From a bacterium (GTDB lineage: Bacteria; Electryoneota; Electryoneia; Electryoneales; Electryoneaceae): 64,000 nucleotides of DNA. The translations under genes and the position numbers were made by a program. A model generated the notes under the pieces. That model had not been told where the DNA came from. It did not search any database and saw only the letters and a program-made list of their open reading frames with translations. The stretch covers positions 18,621 to 82,620 of the forward strand of contig JAZDLX010000200.1 in NCBI GenBank assembly GCA_043801585.1, given 5' to 3'. This document shows positions 20,653 through 30,555 of the stretch, piece after piece; the first letter of the stretch is position 1, and every line of letters starts with the position of its first letter.

Positions 20653-20706
20653 GAGAGAATCCAGACAGTTTAAACCGATTGCCTGCTAAACTGTCTGGAT
20701 TCTCTC
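20653..20706. repeat. Perfect 20-bp inverted repeat with 14-nt loop
   Basis: GAGAGAATCCAGACAGTTTA (20653-20672) / TAAACTGTCTGGATTCTCTC (20687-20706). Confidence 0.9.
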
Positions 20707-20716
20707 CTGCTTCATT

Positions 20717-22246
20717 TCAAAGCGTTTCAAGCTCGCCGATTTCCTCCTCGACGGCTTCCAGAACGTTAAGATTTCGCACCGCTTCCCGCATCGCATTGTG
20801 ATCCGGGTAGAGTGGGCGATCAACATCGAGGTGCTCGACAACCCTCCGTATCGCACGATGAGCCGCCCGGGTGCCCTTGCCCGGAGTGAACTCTCTGAAA
20901 TCAAGGGCTTGCGCGTCAGCGATGAATTCGATTCCGAGTATGCCGTAGGCGTTATCGACGATCCTCCTCGTTTTCAGAGCGCTGTTCCAACCCATGCTGA
21001 CGAAATCTTCCTGATCCGCCGCCGCCGGGATCGATTGCACGTAGGCCGGAGCTGAAAGGATGCGCTGCTCGACAATCAGCATGTCCGCCGTATACTGGCT
21101 GAGCATGTGACCGGAATACATCCCAGCGCCTTTTGTCAGGAACGCAGGCAGCCCAACCGACAACGCCGGATTGAGCAGACGGTTCAGCCGGCGTTCGGAC
21201 AGCACCGACACCATCGTTACAGCGGCGCCAAGAACATCTAACGGCAGACTGACCGGAGTTCCCTGGAAATTCGCCCCGGACAGAACGGTGTTCTCATCAG
21301 GGAGGAAGATCGGATTGTCACCGACTCCGTTCAGTTCCGTTTCGATCTGCTGGCGTGTCCAACGGAGTTGATCCCGTGCGGCGCCGATCACCTGGGGCGT
21401 ACTGCGCATCGAATAGGCGTCCTGCACCTTGACCTTGATCTTTCCCGTGAGCAGGTCCGACCCCTCCATCACCTTCTTCATGTTGCGGGCGCTGACGATT
21501 GCCCCTTGAAAACCACGGAGGATGTGCAACCGTTCATCGTAGGGTTTCATGTTGCCGCGCAACGCCTCGATCGACATCGCAGCCGCTATCTCCGCCTGTT
21601 TGATCCAGCGTTCGATGTCATGGAGCAGCAGGCAAGCCTCGCCGGTAATCAGGTTGCTGCCGTTGATCGCTGCCAGGCCGTCACGTACTTCAAGCCCGGG
21701 AACCTTGATCTCAGCTTTTCGGAATGCCTCTTCGGTTGGCATCCGTTGACCGTCGACAAAGACTTCACCTTCGCCCATCAGGGTCAGTGCAATTTGCGAC
21801 ATGGGAGCGAGGTCGCCGCTCGCCCCTACGGAGCCGTGACTGCAAACCACCGGGGTGATCCCGGCGTTCAGCATGTCCACATAGGTCTGGGTAATTTCCG
21901 GCCGGCAGGCGGAATGTCCATGAGCGTGTACGTTGATCCGGCTGACCATCGCCGCTCGGACGGTCTCAATGGGAAGTGGATCTCCGATCCCTGCCGCATG
22001 GTTGTACACGAGGTATCGCTGGAACTCACGGGTCTGTTCTTCGTCAAGGACAACTTCGGAGAATTCCCCGATTCCCGTGTTGACGCCGTACATGATCTCT
22101 TTGGCGTCGATCTTCTTCTGAAGGAACGCTCTGCACGTCCTGATCCGTTCGATGGCGTCCTCGGACAGGATAACCTTTTCGCCCACGCGGGCGACACGAA
22201 CCACATCCTCAATGCGCAAATTGCTGCCTGTCAGTGTAACACTCAT
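20717..22246 (-). CDS. MIO-dependent aromatic amino acid ammonia-lyase (histidine ammonia-lyase family)
   Basis: YGVNTG, MIO-forming GSVGASGDLAP, QDAYSMR, DNP, SGANF, QEDFVSMG. Confidence 0.88.
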   Translation of the reverse strand: MSVTLTGSNLRIEDVVRVARVGEKVILSEDAIERIRTCRAFLQKKIDAKEIMYGVNTGIGEFSEVVLDEEQTREFQRYLVYNHAAGIGDPLPIETVRAAMVSRINVHAHGHSACRPEITQTYVDMLNAGITPVVCSHGSVGASGDLAPMSQIALTLMGEGEVFVDGQRMPTEEAFRKAEIKVPGLEVRDGLAAINGSNLITGEACLLLHDIERWIKQAEIAAAMSIEALRGNMKPYDERLHILRGFQGAIVSARNMKKVMEGSDLLTGKIKVKVQDAYSMRSTPQVIGAARDQLRWTRQQIETELNGVGDNPIFLPDENTVLSGANFQGTPVSLPLDVLGAAVTMVSVLSERRLNRLLNPALSVGLPAFLTKGAGMYSGHMLSQYTADMLIVEQRILSAPAYVQSIPAAADQEDFVSMGWNSALKTRRIVDNAYGILGIEFIADAQALDFREFTPGKGTRAAHRAIRRVVEHLDVDRPLYPDHNAMREAVRNLNVLEAVEEEIGELETL

Positions 22247-22379
22247 GTTCGCTCCTGGCTTCCCGCGCGCCGTGGCCTGACTCCACCGGTGCCGTCATTG
22301 GCCACTGCGCCTTTCGCTTGTACATTCCGACGCCTAACGTACCATGACACCCGGCGGTAGAAAAGGAGAGACGGAGGCG

Positions 22380-22547
22380 ATGAACAGAGGCAGGAAAGCG
22401 GTGAAAATCACTCTGCAGGTCCATGCCTCGCCGGTGATTGGGAAACTTCAACAAGCGCTACGCGCTTTGGCGCCCCCGATGCGAGAGGATCGTGTCGCCG
22501 TCACCGACATCGCCAACCCGCGCAAATTTCTGCTGGAGACTGACTGA
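22380..22547 (+). CDS. Possible small protein (55 aa)
   Basis: Strong SD GGAGG before ATG 22380; stop overlaps the next start (TGATG); no recognisable domain. Confidence 0.35.
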   Translation: MNRGRKAVKITLQVHASPVIGKLQQALRALAPPMREDRVAVTDIANPRKFLLETD

Positions 22548-24145
22548 TGAACGGGGAGCGACTGCTCGTTACCGGAGCTCGGATCTGGACCGCGGGCCAA
22601 CCCTGGGAATCTCCCCTCGGTGATCTCCTGATCGACAGCGGCGTCGTGGAGGCCGTGGAACCAGCCGGAACCCTCGACGAGGGATCCTTCTCGGGCATTC
22701 GTCGCATCAAGCTCCCCGGGGGGGTGATCCTCCCTTCGTTTTTTGACGCTCATCTGCATCTCGACCTGGGGGGCGTATTCCTGTCAAGGATTGCACTCCG
22801 GGATTGCACGTCTCCGTCAGAGGTTCTGACACGATTAGCGCATGAACGAGAGCCTGGTGAAGGATGGATGATCGCCATCGGGTTGCCGGAAGGGGCATGG
22901 CCATCCTACGAGGAGCTGCACCGGGCCACCAAAGGCCGCCCGGCCATCCTGTTCACACGCGATTACCATTCCGCCTTCGTCAATCCCGAAGGAATGGTGG
23001 AACTCGGCTTGACGGCGGACACTCCGCCACCGCCGGGCGGAATGTTCGACAAGGACGATTCCGGTCAACTGACCGGCCTGTTGCGCGAAAATGCCGTGCG
23101 GTGGGCGGAGAACAGGCTCCCTGCGCCGACCGATCGCCAGCGTCAGGACAACCTGTTGCTGGCGGCAAATAATCTCACCGAATGGGGTGTTCTGGGAGCC
23201 AGCGACGCCTCCGACAACAGTTCATGGGACGCATTGCGGATTCTTGATCGAGAGAACAGGATGCCATTGCGAATCGAACACTGGCACCGCTGTCTTGAAC
23301 TTGATGAAACATGCCTCGAGATCGAACGGGTCGATCTGCCCCGGTTGAAAAGGCTCCGAATTAAAACATTCTCCGACGGCGCTCTCGGCAGCCGCACAGC
23401 CTGGATGCTGGATGATTATGCCGATACTCCGGGAGTGCGGGGTGGTCCGGTCCCTGAACTGAAAACGTATCATCAGTTCCTCCAGCGTGCTGTAGAAAAA
23501 GGATGGTCTCACACCGCCCATGCGATTGGCGATGCGGCGGTAAGATGGGTGGGGGAGGTCCTTAGCCAGTTCCCGGTTCCCGGTTTGCCACACCGCATCG
23601 AACACGTCCAGCATATCGATGTGCGGGGAATCGCTCAATTGACGAACAGTTCCGTTCTTGCTTCCATCCAACCCACACACCGCCTGGATGACTCCGGGAT
23701 GCTGGTGCCACGCCTCGGAGCCGAGAGGGCCGAATTCAGCTACCCTCAGCGTTCGCTGCTCAGGAACGGCAGCGGAGTCATCATGGGGACAGACTGGCCG
23801 GTGGTCAGTGCCGATCCGCGCAGAACGATTTTCGCCGCGATGAGCCAGCGGAAACCGGGGGAGGGCATGCCGGGAGAAGAACTCTCCCTTGAACAGACGT
23901 TGACCGCGATGACCTGCCATCCGGCTGAGGCAGCAGGTTTTCATCGGGTCGGCAGGCTTTCTCACGGATATGCCGCCGATTTTATCTGGCTTCCCGATGA
24001 CCCGGGTCGCGATCCATCGTACTGGCGGGAGATGAAAACAGGCGGAGTTTGGGCAGGCGGACACCTCCTTCACGCGAACCACGGCGCACTCACATATTCC
24101 TTGCCGAAAAGGACTGAAACCCGCGTGGATAAAGAAAAAACGTGA
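22547..24145 (+). CDS. YtcJ-like amidohydrolase family 3 protein
   Basis: PSFFDAHLH, GLLRENA, KTFSDGALGSRTA, HAIGD, HRIEH, SIQP, GTDWPV. Confidence 0.88.
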   Translation: MNGERLLVTGARIWTAGQPWESPLGDLLIDSGVVEAVEPAGTLDEGSFSGIRRIKLPGGVILPSFFDAHLHLDLGGVFLSRIALRDCTSPSEVLTRLAHEREPGEGWMIAIGLPEGAWPSYEELHRATKGRPAILFTRDYHSAFVNPEGMVELGLTADTPPPPGGMFDKDDSGQLTGLLRENAVRWAENRLPAPTDRQRQDNLLLAANNLTEWGVLGASDASDNSSWDALRILDRENRMPLRIEHWHRCLELDETCLEIERVDLPRLKRLRIKTFSDGALGSRTAWMLDDYADTPGVRGGPVPELKTYHQFLQRAVEKGWSHTAHAIGDAAVRWVGEVLSQFPVPGLPHRIEHVQHIDVRGIAQLTNSSVLASIQPTHRLDDSGMLVPRLGAERAEFSYPQRSLLRNGSGVIMGTDWPVVSADPRRTIFAAMSQRKPGEGMPGEELSLEQTLTAMTCHPAEAAGFHRVGRLSHGYAADFIWLPDDPGRDPSYWREMKTGGVWAGGHLLHANHGALTYSLPKRTETRVDKEKT

Positions 24146-24196
24146 CCAGAATACCTTCCGGCCACGACTTTGAAGTTGCAGATCTATGGAATCAGA

Positions 24197-24397
24197 TCAA
24201 TGTTTGAGCGTGATTTCGATAGATTTGCCGGACTTCGATTCGACAATCTTGCCTTCCCGCGCCAGCCAACCGATCGCACGATCAAGCATCGATGGAGTAA
24301 GTTGCACCTCTTTCTTTAACTTTGCCACACTCGACGAGCCGTGCTGGCTCAAATAATGCCAGAGAACTCCGGCGGCGGTACCAATGGTGTTTTCCAT
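24197..24397 (-). CDS. Small winged-helix protein (DUF2582-like)
   Basis: IGTAAGVLWHYL...AIGWLAREGKI; SD GGAGG; 66 aa. Confidence 0.85.
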   Translation of the reverse strand: MENTIGTAAGVLWHYLSQHGSSSVAKLKKEVQLTPSMLDRAIGWLAREGKIVESKSGKSIEITLKH

Positions 24398-24422
24398 ATA
24401 TCCTCCCCAAAAATGTGACGCG

Positions 24423-26027
24423 CTATACCCCGGCGAGTGGTCCCGCGTTCTGGATTTCTTCACTCGCATCCTTTTCAAAAAGTTTAAAGTTCTCATGGAA
24501 CTTTTTCGCCAGTTCCGTGGCTTTTGTATCGTACGCTTTTTTGTTTTTCCATGTCTCTCGTGGTTGCAGCACATCCTTTGGCACGTCGGGGACCTCAGAA
24601 GGAATCTCGAGCCCGAATATTGGTTCCAGGTTAAACTGACCACCGTCGAGTTTGCCTTCGAGAGCCGAATTGACCATCGCACGAGTGTATTTGATCGCCA
24701 TCCGGTGACCCTCGCCATAGGGACCACCCGTCCAGCCGGTGTTGACAAGCCAGACCGTGGCATCGTGCTGTTCCATGCGCTTGCCAAGCATCCCGGCATA
24801 TTTTAATGGATCAAGCGGCATGAAAGGAGCACCGAAAAGCGTGCTGAACGCCGGCTGCGGTTCTTTGATTCCACGCTCCGTGCCGGCAAGCTTGCTCGTG
24901 TAACCGCTGATGAAATGGTACATCGCCTGAGCCCGGGTCAGCCTGCTGATCGGGGGCAGAACACCAAAGGCGTCGGCAGTCAGGAAGATGATGTTTTTCG
25001 GATGTGGCCCATGACCTTCCTTGACAATGTTTGGAATGTGGGTGATCGGATAGGAAGCCCTCGTATTGTCCGTCAGGCTGTTGTCATCGAGATCGACCCG
25101 CCTGGTGTTGATATCCATCGCCACATTTTCGAGGATGGTGCCGAAACGTTTCGTGGTGGCATAGATTTCCGGTTCCGCCTCAGCGGAAAGGTTAATCACT
25201 TTCGCGTAACAGCCACCTTCCATGTTGAACACGCCGTTGGGAGACCAGCCGTGCTCATCATCCCCGATAAGATTTCGTGTGGGGTCAGCGGAGAGGGTTG
25301 TCTTGCCCGTGCCCGACAGGCCGAAAAAGAGTGCACAATCGCCGTTTACGCCAACATTGGCCGAGCAGTGCATCGGCAGGACATCTTCCTGTGGCAGCAG
25401 GTAGTTCATCACGCTGAAAATCGATTTCTTGATCTCGCCGCCGTAACTGGTTCCCCCGATGATCACCATCTTCTTGCTGAAGCTGATGATGATGAAGGCT
25501 TCGCTGTTGGTCCCGTCGTATTCGGGGATCGCCTTGAAATTCGGGAGATTCAGAACGGTGAAAATCGGCTCATGGTAGTAGCCCGGTTCATGGCTGCGAA
25601 TGAACATATTCCGGGCAAAAAGATTGTGCCAGGCGGTCTCGGTAATCACCCGAATCGGCTTCTGAAACTGGGGATCCGCGTTTACATGACAGTCCTGAAC
25701 GAAAAGGTCTTTCCCCTGCGTATAGGCCTGCAGACGCCGAAACAGGTCTTCAAATCGATCCGGTTCGATGGGGACGTTGATCGGTCCCCAATTGACCAGA
25801 TTCACACTCGCCTCGTCCTTGACGATGAAACGGTCTTTAGGGCTGCGGCCTGTGTACTGGCCCGTCCGGACGACAAGGGGTCCATTGTGCGCCAGATACC
25901 CCTCACGCCTTCGTATTGACTGTTCGTACAGGAAAGCTGCGCCGGCATTCCAGTACAAATTGCCGAGATTGATCAGCCCAAGCGGTTCGAGCTTTTTCGC
26001 ATGTTCAGGGTTTGCAACGGTTTCCAT
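24423..26027 (-). CDS. pckA: Phosphoenolpyruvate carboxykinase (ATP)
   Basis: TGRSPKD, YGGEIKKS, MHCSAN, FGLSGTGKTTLS, IGDDEHGW, EGGCYAK. Confidence 0.97.
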   Translation of the reverse strand: METVANPEHAKKLEPLGLINLGNLYWNAGAAFLYEQSIRRREGYLAHNGPLVVRTGQYTGRSPKDRFIVKDEASVNLVNWGPINVPIEPDRFEDLFRRLQAYTQGKDLFVQDCHVNADPQFQKPIRVITETAWHNLFARNMFIRSHEPGYYHEPIFTVLNLPNFKAIPEYDGTNSEAFIIISFSKKMVIIGGTSYGGEIKKSIFSVMNYLLPQEDVLPMHCSANVGVNGDCALFFGLSGTGKTTLSADPTRNLIGDDEHGWSPNGVFNMEGGCYAKVINLSAEAEPEIYATTKRFGTILENVAMDINTRRVDLDDNSLTDNTRASYPITHIPNIVKEGHGPHPKNIIFLTADAFGVLPPISRLTRAQAMYHFISGYTSKLAGTERGIKEPQPAFSTLFGAPFMPLDPLKYAGMLGKRMEQHDATVWLVNTGWTGGPYGEGHRMAIKYTRAMVNSALEGKLDGGQFNLEPIFGLEIPSEVPDVPKDVLQPRETWKNKKAYDTKATELAKKFHENFKLFEKDASEEIQNAGPLAGV

Positions 26028-26198
26028 GGCGTACCTCTTGACGGTTACTGGTACAACATTCGGACAGGCTAATGTAGCCGGTTTACGTCGGTTGCTACAA
26101 GAATTTGTTACACGTTATTCTCTCGCCGAGCAGGCGAGCTCTGGCGTTTGGTGGGCAGGTGAATCGATGACTTCCAATTCGGGTTGTACGCGGAAGGG

Positions 26199-26747
26199 CT
26201 ACTCGATCTCAAACAAAAGCTGACCTTTCTCCACGGCCTGCCCCAACGACACGGAAAGTGATTTCAGCCGTCCCGCAACGGGCGCCTTGATTTCATTTTC
26301 CATCTTCATCGCTTCCATCACCAGAATGCCCTGGTGTTCTTCCACCAGGTCATTTTCGGAAGCTTCAACTTTGACAATCAGCCCCGGCATTGGCGCGGTT
26401 ACACGGCCGTGACGTGTGCCGACACCCGCCGCACGAAGGAACTCACGCAGGTAGGCCTCGCGTTTGGAGATGACGTCGGCGCTGAAATCATACCCGCCGG
26501 TGTGGATCCGGTATTGGTTTGCAATGTCCGTGGGTTCAACCGCCAGGACGACGCTTCTTCCGCCCAGCAACAGGGAGTAGTGGTCCGGAACAGCCTTGGG
26601 TTGGACATCCAGAACCATCTCCTCGCCGTCCACCCGAATCCTGCCTTCATGCCCGAGGAATTCGATCTCAAACACATCCCCGTTGATCTCGACACGATAG
26701 GCGTCACCGTTCGCACCGTTGCTGCGATTGCCGCCAGCCTTGTTCAT
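26199..26747 (-). CDS. Biotin carboxyl carrier protein with N-terminal BT-like domain
   Basis: APMPG...EAMKMENEIKAP biotinylation motif; ATG overlaps the carboxylase stop. Confidence 0.9.
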   Translation of the reverse strand: MNKAGGNRSNGANGDAYRVEINGDVFEIEFLGHEGRIRVDGEEMVLDVQPKAVPDHYSLLLGGRSVVLAVEPTDIANQYRIHTGGYDFSADVISKREAYLREFLRAAGVGTRHGRVTAPMPGLIVKVEASENDLVEEHQGILVMEAMKMENEIKAPVAGRLKSLSVSLGQAVEKGQLLFEIE

Positions 26748-28273
26748 CGTATCGCCCTCCGGCGGCCATCCATCTTCCAGGTGCATGATCCCGAGTTTGA
26801 TTGCACATGATGAGCTTCCGCCTCATTCCGGCCTTTTCCGCTCTCGTGATGCCGCCGCCATGCCGCGGCGATCGCGGCGATCTGTTGCCAGGACTTCTCG
26901 CGTGCTTGAAGCTTCTCAACGTCAAATTCACGGTCAACAAAGGAGGTGTCAAAGTTTCCCTGGCCGTACGACTCGTTGTTCATCACCAGAAGCCCGAACG
27001 GAATCGTCGTTCGCACCCCGGTGATGCGATACTCCTGCAATGCCCGGCGCATCCTCGCTATCGCTTCGGAACGATTCCATCCCCAGGCGATCAATTTGCT
27101 GATCATCGGATCGTAGTGGATGGTGATTTCATCACCTTCACGAATGCCGCTGTCTTCGCGGATTCCGAAACCATCCGGTGGCCGCAGATAACGGATCCTG
27201 CCGGTGTGGGGGAGGAAATTGTTCAGTGTGTCCTCGCTGTAAATCCGCACTTCAATGGCGTGGCCACGCATCGATACCTGCTCCTGAGTCAAGGGCAGCG
27301 GTTTACCCTGTGCTACGAGAATCTGAAGCTGAACGAGGTCCAAACCCGTAACCATCTCGGTGACCGGGTGCTCCACCTGCAATCGCGTGTTCATCTCGAG
27401 GAAGTAATACTTACGCTGAGCGTCGACGAGGAATTCCACCGTGCCGGCATTGACGTAACCCACAGCACGCGCCGCCTCTACGGCGGATCGTCCCATCTCC
27501 TCACGCATTTCAAGTGTGACGATCGGGCTCGGAGACTCTTCGACAACTTTTTGGTGGCGTCGTTGGATTGAGCACTCACGTTCGCCAAGGTGGATGACGT
27601 TGCCCCGGGAATCGGCAAAAACCTGAAACTCAATATGACGTGGCCGTTCAAGGTATTTCTCGAGGTAGATCAGCGGGCTGCCAAAGGCGTTGATCGACTC
27701 CCGTCTTGCCGCGTCCAGGGCGCCGGGGAGTTCTTTTTTGTCCCGGACCACCCGCATTCCCTTGCCGCCTCCGCCCATCGCCGCCTTGATCAGAACGGGA
27801 TAACCCGCCTCGCGAGCGAACTCCGCGGCTTCTTTCTCGGTCTCGACGGCATTTTTCGTGCCGGGGACCACAGGCACACCAGCCTTCATCATGATCGAAC
27901 GCGCTTCGGTTTTGCTTCCCATCGAGCGTATCGCATCGGGTGGAGGACCGATCCAGACGAATCCCGCATCGATAACAGCCTGGGCAAAATCTGCATTTTC
28001 GGAAAGAAATCCATAACCGGGATGGATGGCTTGAGCGCCGGATTCTCTAGCGGCTTCAAGGAGATTCTCCGGCTTCAGATAACTCTGGGATGCCGCAGCG
28101 GGACCGATGGCACATGCTTCGTCGGCGAGCTGTACATGCATGGCGTTGCGATCGACGTCCGAAAAGACCGCCACGCTTCGAATACCCATCTCACGGCAGG
28201 CACGAATGACCCGAACCGCGATTTCACCACGGTTGGCTACCAGTATTTTCTCGAAGGATCGCTCTCTGGTCAT
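26744..28273 (-). CDS. accC: Biotin carboxylase subunit (acetyl/propionyl/methylcrotonyl-CoA carboxylase type)
   Basis: ANRGEIAVR, HPGYGFLSEN, GGGGKGMR, ERECSIQRR, EMNTRLQVEH, YDPMISK. Confidence 0.9.
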   Translation of the reverse strand: MTRERSFEKILVANRGEIAVRVIRACREMGIRSVAVFSDVDRNAMHVQLADEACAIGPAAASQSYLKPENLLEAARESGAQAIHPGYGFLSENADFAQAVIDAGFVWIGPPPDAIRSMGSKTEARSIMMKAGVPVVPGTKNAVETEKEAAEFAREAGYPVLIKAAMGGGGKGMRVVRDKKELPGALDAARRESINAFGSPLIYLEKYLERPRHIEFQVFADSRGNVIHLGERECSIQRRHQKVVEESPSPIVTLEMREEMGRSAVEAARAVGYVNAGTVEFLVDAQRKYYFLEMNTRLQVEHPVTEMVTGLDLVQLQILVAQGKPLPLTQEQVSMRGHAIEVRIYSEDTLNNFLPHTGRIRYLRPPDGFGIREDSGIREGDEITIHYDPMISKLIAWGWNRSEAIARMRRALQEYRITGVRTTIPFGLLVMNNESYGQGNFDTSFVDREFDVEKLQAREKSWQQIAAIAAAWRRHHESGKGRNEAEAHHVQSNSGSCTWKMDGRRRAIR

Positions 28274-28382
28274 GGGCGTTTCTCGTCACGGATGATCGGT
28301 TTCACCAGCATCACTACTCTTGACGGATCGGGAAAACGGACCGAAGAATGTACCGGACGTGCGGGTGGGAGTCAACGATCAT

Positions 28383-28414
28383 AAAAACGCCGGATATGGG
28401 AATCCACATCCGGC
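28383..28414 (-). terminator. Rho-independent terminator after the response regulator
   Basis: Minus strand GCCGGATGTGG-ATTC-CCATATCCGGC-GTTTTT. Confidence 0.7.
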
Positions 28415-28447
28415 ACCAATGTTAATGCTTTCTTAAAATCACCAGCA

Positions 28448-29056
28448 TTAATCCGACTTAATCATCTTGGATTTGGCCAGCAGTTCGTCGATGATTCTTG
28501 ATAACTCGTCGAAATCAGGCGGTTTGTTTACATAGTAGTCCACATCCAGATCCTTCATCGCCTCTTGGACCACTTCATCAATGTATCCGGAGAGAATCAC
28601 AATCCGGGTGCCGGTCAACTGGGATTCTTTTCTTAAAATCGAGGCGATTCGGATGCCATCGGTTCCGGGAAGATGCAGGTCGAGAATGACCACGTCCGGT
28701 CGATACTTCATCAGCAGCATCCCTGCATGCGCCACATCGTCCGCACCAACAACCCGCCGACCCGGAGCCTCAAGGTTCGGAATCAACGCGTGAAGCAAAT
28801 CGGGATCGTCATCAATGACGAGTACCGTCGGGGGAGAGGCGTAGCTCTCCCATTCGGCAGGCACTTCAAATCCATGCACCTGGCAGAACCGAACCAACTC
28901 ATCGATGTTCACCCGGTAATGCCCACCGGGTGTAGTACTTGCTTTCAGACGATCCGCCTTAATCCAGTTCGCGACTGTCTCAGGAGTGACATGACAGTGC
29001 TGAGCGATTTGACCGGTTGTAAAACGTTTTGGCGATTTGACCTCTTTACTTGTCAT
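28448..29056 (-). CDS. Response regulator: N-terminal excisionase-like HTH plus C-terminal receiver domain
   Basis: FTTGQIAQHCHVTPETVANW...TPGGHYR; VLVIDDD, VILDLHLPG, KP. Confidence 0.88.
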   Translation of the reverse strand: MTSKEVKSPKRFTTGQIAQHCHVTPETVANWIKADRLKASTTPGGHYRVNIDELVRFCQVHGFEVPAEWESYASPPTVLVIDDDPDLLHALIPNLEAPGRRVVGADDVAHAGMLLMKYRPDVVILDLHLPGTDGIRIASILRKESQLTGTRIVILSGYIDEVVQEAMKDLDVDYYVNKPPDFDELSRIIDELLAKSKMIKSD

Positions 29057-29267
29057 GCGACAACCCTTTCGTTCCGCAGATTCCGCCACCCGTGCCCGAG
29101 TCTCGAAGCTCAAGTATCTGGTTCACTTGGCAGCAATAGTAAAAAGATAAAAACTATCATCCCACAAGTGAAACTTCATATAATATGGGTAAATCAGAGA
29201 CTAAATACTTCCAATTTGAATTATTTTCCTCGACCGGCTCTTTTACCGAATTCTCACCTTCGAAGCA

Positions 29268-29693
29268 TTATTTCGCGGTGGATGTCGGAAAGGTATTTGC
29301 CGGATACCGTGTCCCATCATCGGGCGGTTCCACGGGTACGTTTCGAGCAGAGCCCCCAACGAGTTCCCAGGCTGAATCGAAATCCTCCACAACGGTGTAT
29401 TTTGCTCCAGCACGGAAAGGAACCGTTAAGGATGGGTCCGCGGAGGGGATCAGAATCCGTTTGCGAAAGGAAGCTCCTGCAAGTACACCAGCCAGAAGCT
29501 TCAGCTGCTTAACCGCTGCGGGTGCGGCTCTCTCGAAATCGCCAAAGTCAAAGATCAGCGACCATGTCTCGTCCAGTCTTTCCACTTGCCGAGACAGGTC
29601 AATCCTCATCATATACGCCTCAGTTCCATCCTGCATACCGTGAAGGACAACAACAAGCGTCTTCAATTCACGGCTTTCCTCTACGCGATACAT
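29268..29693 (-). CDS. Hypothetical protein, possibly STAS/SEC14 (SpoIIAA-like) fold
   Basis: SD GGAGGTG; alpha/beta pattern 'LIFDFGDF...VVEDFDSAWELV'. Confidence 0.55.
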   Translation of the reverse strand: MYRVEESRELKTLVVVLHGMQDGTEAYMMRIDLSRQVERLDETWSLIFDFGDFERAAPAAVKQLKLLAGVLAGASFRKRILIPSADPSLTVPFRAGAKYTVVEDFDSAWELVGGSARNVPVEPPDDGTRYPANTFPTSTAK

Positions 29694-30555
29694 GTCACCT
29701 CCATGATGAATACCTTTAACCTATGGCTCACATACTTTCAAGGCAACCCGGAAGCTCTGGGAATCAAACCCTCCACATTCCCCCGATGAAATCTTCTGAT
29801 TCGTTCTTTTCGATCGTACTGCTCAGGATTAATAAATCGCCACCGGATGTGCCAACGGAGAGAATGGAGACCAGAGAGTATGAAGATTGCACGGGGAGGA
29901 TCTTCTCTTTCAACAATGTTAGATTATTCTTATAATAATATCGATATCGATAATAAGAGAAATATCATTCATCACTCAGAAGTCTACGATCGATTCGCTG
30001 AATCCGTCTATTAACCTATTAAACATTAAGTTGTTAAGCTGTTGAGGACGATTCATCCAAGGGGGCTCCGGTATATCAGCTTTCTGGAACACGATGATAA
30101 GTTACAGTCTGAATCCATTGGTTCTTTCAGCGGTACAGCGTGCACACATTTCCTGACGACCTTCTCAAATAATAACTTCACCAATTTGCACGAAATCAAG
30201 TCTTTCGATGAAACGTATTCCGCACCTGTGATCTGATGATACGGGTCGTTGTGAGAGTGTACCTATTGCGAAATTCATCTCAATCTGGCAGTTTTCAACG
30301 TAGGACATTATTTTAGCATATTGGTAATTGGACATTTATTGTTGGCAAATTCCTAGACCATGCTTCAACTGGATATCTTCAACATTCGTGGTAATGGCAA
30401 CTGGCGATCGCATAAGTCGATCACATGCAAATAAGTCTGGTGCCTGGATCTACCAGGCGGATTTGCGCGAAAATAACAGACGTCCCGTCATATGAACAGA
30501 AAGTAATTTCCGAACAATCCGCTGATGGGGCTGAATTCGAGCGGGAGGATGAGAG

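Noticed and set aside
29838..29855. Sigma54 promoter on the minus strand (TTGGCAC-ATCCG-GTGGC)
   Set aside because: GG-to-GC spacing is 11 rather than the obligatory 10 nt
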